DNA of 64,000 nt from Dehalococcoidia bacterium. Its GTDB lineage: Bacteria; Chloroflexota; Dehalococcoidia; SM23-28-2; RBG-16-64-32. This document shows, piece after piece, positions 60,441 to 64,000 of the stretch. A program made the position numbers and the translations under genes. Positions within the stretch are counted from its first letter, which is position 1. Each line of letters begins with the position of its first letter. The stretch is from positions 1,344,001 to 1,408,000 of the forward strand of contig CAXXTF010000002.1 in the NCBI GenBank assembly GCA_963665775.2, in the 5' to 3' direction. The notes beneath the pieces were generated by a model, which saw only the letters and a list, made by a program, of their open reading frames with translations, made no database searches and had not been told where the DNA came from.

Positions 60441-60487
60441 CCGTCCGGCTGCGCGTTCTCCAACGCCTTCGCCGCAGCCCCATAGCC

Positions 60488-60527
60488 CTGACGATGCCCG
60501 CAGCACCTCCGGCGCGGGCATCGTCAG
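60488..60527. repeat. Perfect 14-bp inverted repeat
   Basis: CTGACGATGCCCGC-12 nt-GCGGGCATCGTCAG downstream of the permease. Confidence 0.8.
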
Positions 60528-60666
60528 TTCGGGAGAGTTCACGGCGGCACCGCTGGTGTCGGTACTGGAGAAGGCGGGGCTGAAGCCCGATGCCGTCGCT
60601 GTGTACGCCACGGCAGGCATCCGGGTGAAGTCCACCGACGAGGCCGGTCGCGTCAGCCACAGATAA
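60517..60666 (+). pseudogene. Sulfite-oxidase-family remnant
   Basis: GIVSSGEFTAAPLVSVLEKAGLKPDAVAV...IRVKSTDEAGRV*; no start codon context. Confidence 0.45.
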
Positions 60667-60766
60667 AATGGAACTTCATGCCCAAGCGGTTCGATCGGAC
60701 CGTCTCCGTGGACGTGGTGGCTAAATAGGACGAGAGAAGTTCGCTTGGGCAACTCTAGTCAAAGAG

Positions 60767-60843
60767 TGGCGCGCTCGGCGGGACTCGAACCCACGACCTC
60801 AGCCTCCGCAAGGCTGCGCTCTATCCAACTGAGCTACGAGCGC
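60767..60843 (-). tRNA. tRNA-Arg(GCG)
   Basis: GCGCTCGTAGCTCAGTTGGATAGAGCG-CAGCC-TTGCGGA-GGCTG-AGGTCGTGGGTTCGAGTCCCGCCGAGCGCGCCA. Confidence 0.95.
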
Positions 60844-60885
60844 GCAAAAGGGGATCGCTGCTGTGACCCCGGCGAGGGCACACGC

Positions 60886-60971
60886 TGGTGCCGAAGGTGG
60901 GATTTGAACCCACACGCCCTTTCGGACACTGCGCCCTGAACGCAGCGCGTCTGCCGTTCCGCCACTTCGGC
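60886..60971 (-). tRNA. tRNA-Leu(CAG)
   Basis: GCCGAAGTGGCGGAACGGCAGACGCG-CTGCG-TTCAGGG-CGCAG, long variable arm, CCA. Confidence 0.96.
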
Positions 60972-61132
60972 TCGCATACGGGACGCTGTGATAACTCTTG
61001 AGTGGAGGGCCGTACAGCATCTTAACGGCGCCCTCCTGCGTCTGAAGCATATCGCCCTGAGAGTTACGGCGTCAATACGGCGGGCCCTACCGGAACGCCG
61101 CGTTGCTGATCAGAGGGGCCGATACGAACCAG

Positions 61133-61207
61133 TGGTGGGCGGTGCAGGGATTGAACCTGCGACCTCTTGCGTGTGAAGCAAGCGCTCTTCCGCTGAGCTA
61201 ACCGCCC
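61133..61207 (-). tRNA. tRNA-Val(CAC)
   Basis: GGGCGGTTAGCTCAGCGGAAGAGCG-CTTGC-TTCACAC-GCAAG...CCGCCCACCA. Confidence 0.96.
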
Positions 61208-61300
61208 GTCTGCAAACGCGATTGTATTGCTGGTGCACAGGCCGCGTCAAGGCGATTCGCCGAGGAGTGACTGGCAGGCGAAATGGAGCAGTGTCGGGCG

Positions 61301-63289
61301 CTACTTGAGGTCGGGGTCCAGGTGGGTCGGCGCTTCCCAGGCCAGACCTGGTTTGGGTGGTGAGACCGGCGGCTTAGTGGGCTCATCGCCTTCCTGGGCT
61401 GCCGGCGTCCCCTCGGCCTGAGCCTCATCGCCACCTGTGGGCAGGGAAACAGCCTTCTTGTTGGGCTCCTCCGACATCAGCGCCGTCAGCGCGTCACCCT
61501 CTATCGTCTCTACCTCTAGCAGGGTGGCAACGATCTGGTCCAGCTTGCTGCGTCCCTCCGTGAGGAGCCGATCCGCCGTGTGGTAGGCTTGGTCGATGAT
61601 CTGGCGCACCTCGTCGTCGATCTCCTCGGCCACCTTCTCGCTGTAGTTCCGCTGCTCGGAGATCTCCCGGCCTAGGAAGATCATCTCCTCCTTGCGGCCA
61701 AAGGTGCGTGGGCCCAAGTCACTCATCCCCCACTGAGTCACCATTTGCCGGGCCAGCCGCGTGGCGCGCTCCAGGTCATCCTGGGGTCCCGTCGTATTCT
61801 CTCCGAATACGAGCTTCTCGGCCACCATGCCACCCATCATCGAGGCCAGCATGTCCTGGAACTGCGACTTAGAGTAGAGGTGACGGTCCTCTTCCGGCAG
61901 GAAGCGGGTGAAGCCACCGGCCATGCCCCGGGCCACTATGCTTATCTTGTAGGGCGGGTCGGCGTTCGGCAGAAGGTGCCCCGTCAGGGCGTGTCCCGCC
62001 TCGTGGTAGGCGATGATCTCCCGCTCCTTCTTGCTGATGACCCGGCTCTTGCGCTCCGGCCCGGCGATGACCCGGTCCACCGCCTCGTCGAACTCCGCCA
62101 TCATGATCTTCTTCTTGCCCCGGCGTGCGGCCAGGATCGCCGCCTCGTTCACCAGGTTGGCCAGGTCGGCACCAGAGAACCCCGGCGTCTGCTTGCCCAG
62201 GACGTCCAGCTTCACATCGCTGCCCAGGGGCTTCCCCTTGCTGTGTACCTCCAGGATCGCTTTTCGGCCCTTAATGTCCGGCCGGTCCAGCATGACCTGC
62301 CGGTCGAACCGCCCCGGCCTCAGTAGCGCCGGGTCCAGGATGTCCGGGCGGTTGGTGGCAGCCACCACGATCACGTTGGTGGCGGTTTCGAAACCGTCCA
62401 TCTCTACCAGGATCTGGTTCAAGGTCTGCTCCCGCTCGTCGTGGCTGCCGCCCAGTCCAGCCCCTCGCTGGCGGCCGACCGCGTCGATCTCGTCGATGAA
62501 GACGATGCAGGGGGAGTTGCGCTTCGCCTGTTCAAACAGGTCGCGCACCCGCGAGGCGCCCACGCCCACGAACATCTCTACGAACTCTGAGCCGCTGATG
62601 GAGTGGAAAGGCACACCCGCTTCTCCGGCCACAGCCTTTGCCAGCAGGGTCTTGCCCGTGCCCGGCGGGCCCACCAGCAGTACCCCCTTGGGGATGCGCG
62701 CGCCCAGCGCCACGAACTTCTCCGGGAACTTGAGGAACTCCACGACCTCCTCGAGCTCCTCCTTTGCTTCCTCCACTCCGGCCACATCCATGAAGGTAAC
62801 GCTTGGCCGGGTAGCATTAAACGTCTTGGCTCGGCTCTTACCAAAGCTCATGGCCTGGCTGTTTGATCCTTGCGCCTGGCGCAGGAAGAAGAAGAGTATC
62901 GCCACGATGATGATGATGGGCGCGAAACTGATGAGAAGTCGCCCCACGTTGTCCCAGGCGCTGGACCCCTTGACCTCGATTATCGGGAACCTCTCATCGC
63001 CGGGCTTAATGCCCGCGCCTTCGAGCACCTCGAACACGGTGAGGCCCTCCTCGATCCTCGCCTTGTAGATGAGATCCGTCTCGCCTGTATTTAGCTTATA
63101 CTCCAGATTATTGCCGTTTACGTCGACGCTGGTGATGTCTCCGGCTGTGGCCGCCGTCACAAAATCCGTGAGGGTCGCATCTACCTCTTTCGAACCGCTG
63201 TCAGGTAAGATCCAGAAGACGAGGATGAGCAAGATACCTGCAAAGATCAGTAGGTAAATGAAACTGCTGCGTAGCCAACGTCCGTTCAT
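61301..63289 (-). CDS. ftsH: ATP-dependent zinc metalloprotease FtsH
   Basis: Two TMs, [31 protein letters not shown]. Confidence 0.98.
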   Translation of the reverse strand: MNGRWLRSSFIYLLIFAGILLILVFWILPDSGSKEVDATLTDFVTAATAGDITSVDVNGNNLEYKLNTGETDLIYKARIEEGLTVFEVLEGAGIKPGDERFPIIEVKGSSAWDNVGRLLISFAPIIIIVAILFFFLRQAQGSNSQAMSFGKSRAKTFNATRPSVTFMDVAGVEEAKEELEEVVEFLKFPEKFVALGARIPKGVLLVGPPGTGKTLLAKAVAGEAGVPFHSISGSEFVEMFVGVGASRVRDLFEQAKRNSPCIVFIDEIDAVGRQRGAGLGGSHDEREQTLNQILVEMDGFETATNVIVVAATNRPDILDPALLRPGRFDRQVMLDRPDIKGRKAILEVHSKGKPLGSDVKLDVLGKQTPGFSGADLANLVNEAAILAARRGKKKIMMAEFDEAVDRVIAGPERKSRVISKKEREIIAYHEAGHALTGHLLPNADPPYKISIVARGMAGGFTRFLPEEDRHLYSKSQFQDMLASMMGGMVAEKLVFGENTTGPQDDLERATRLARQMVTQWGMSDLGPRTFGRKEEMIFLGREISEQRNYSEKVAEEIDDEVRQIIDQAYHTADRLLTEGRSKLDQIVATLLEVETIEGDALTALMSEEPNKKAVSLPTGGDEAQAEGTPAAQEGDEPTKPPVSPPKPGLAWEAPTHLDPDLK

Positions 63290-63448
63290 CTCGTTATACC
63301 AACCTAAGTTAAGGTCCTAAAGACTGTCAGCCTGTCTACGAGACCGGCTCTAATATATCAGTATACCAAACCCTCACCGGCCCCACTACTGTGCCTACTA
63401 TACTCATACTCAGGGACGGCTACAGCTGCCCCCCGTTACAGTGGTCCC

Positions 63449-63637
63449 TCATTCCGCATCTGAAGCCAGCTTGCCGGACTGGGCCCAGTTCTCTTTAGGG
63501 ATGTCATCAAAGATAACGATGGTGGCCTCCGGAGTGGTGTGCGCGATGTTCACCATAGCTTCCGTTAGCACCCGCGCCAGCTCCTGCTTCTGCGCGTGTG
63601 TCCGGCCTGTCCACATCTCCACTCGAACGATAGGCAT
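63449..63637 (-). CDS. 4-oxalocrotonate tautomerase family protein
   Basis: MPIVRVEMWTGRTHAQK with catalytic Pro1; RBS GGAGG. Confidence 0.92.
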   Translation of the reverse strand: MPIVRVEMWTGRTHAQKQELARVLTEAMVNIAHTTPEATIVIFDDIPKENWAQSGKLASDAE

Positions 63638-63880
63638 AGACACCTCCAAGAGAGTTACGCCCCCCTGGCAGGGGAGGGATTTGCTCTCAACTTAGTTGGC
63701 CGGGCGCGCGCTTGTCAATCGAGCCCAATGACGCCCTGATGGCCGCCGCCGGGGGCTCTCGTTAGCGGCACGTCTTACCAACTCCTTCTGTGGCTTCACT
63801 GAGAGAGCCTGGGCCGGACGGCGCGGCCTGTTGCCGGCCCTTTGACCCTTTGACCCTGTCGCCCTTACACTAACCCTGCT

Positions 63881-64000
63881 ATGGGTTCCACGATGTCCAA
63901 GAGCGACCGCGTATTTGCCGCCCTGCGTGGCGAGGAGCTGGATCGTGTCCCGGTCTCCGCCTGGTGGCACGACTTCCTGCGCGAATGGTCTGCCGAGGGT
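63881..64000 (+). CDS. Uroporphyrinogen decarboxylase / MtaA-family protein, 5' part (runs off window)
   Basis: [32 protein letters not shown]; TACACT 9 nt upstream. Confidence 0.7.
   Translation, partial: MGSTMSKSDRVFAALRGEELDRVPVSAWWHDFLREWSAEG

Overview
High-GC (roughly two-thirds GC by eye) bacterial chromosome segment; gene content and style suggest Chloroflexota/Dehalococcoidia-like (inference, not tested). Mostly housekeeping: rpmB, rpe, argH, argCJBDG operon, TetR-menFDHBACE (classical menaquinone pathway), thiC-G-E-S..thiO under a TPP riboswitch plus thiD, btuFCD-pduO under a cobalamin riboswitch, mutS2, F420 genes (cofD, cofC, stand-alone nitroreductase), rarA, lpdA-lipB, ftsH and four tRNAs. 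Signals missed by the ORF track: (1) a promoter / Arg-codon leader peptide / antiterminator / terminator arrangement in front of argC, i.e. a candidate ribosome-mediated arginine attenuator; (2) a thioredoxin with in-frame TGA giving UxxC plus a SECIS-like hairpin; (3) a small GIY-YIG nuclease gene bracketed by inverted REP-like palindromes and by a perfect 38-bp duplication of the mutS2 start, with solo palindrome copies between genes and in frame inside cofD and rarA; (4) a perfect 26-bp operator before the TetR-men operon; (5) a ThiS lacking its stop after GG, tRNA-Arg(GCG), a tRNA-Gly(CCC) relic, a decayed ABC exporter and several gene remnants. All calls come from reading motifs by eye; no searches or folding computations were run.
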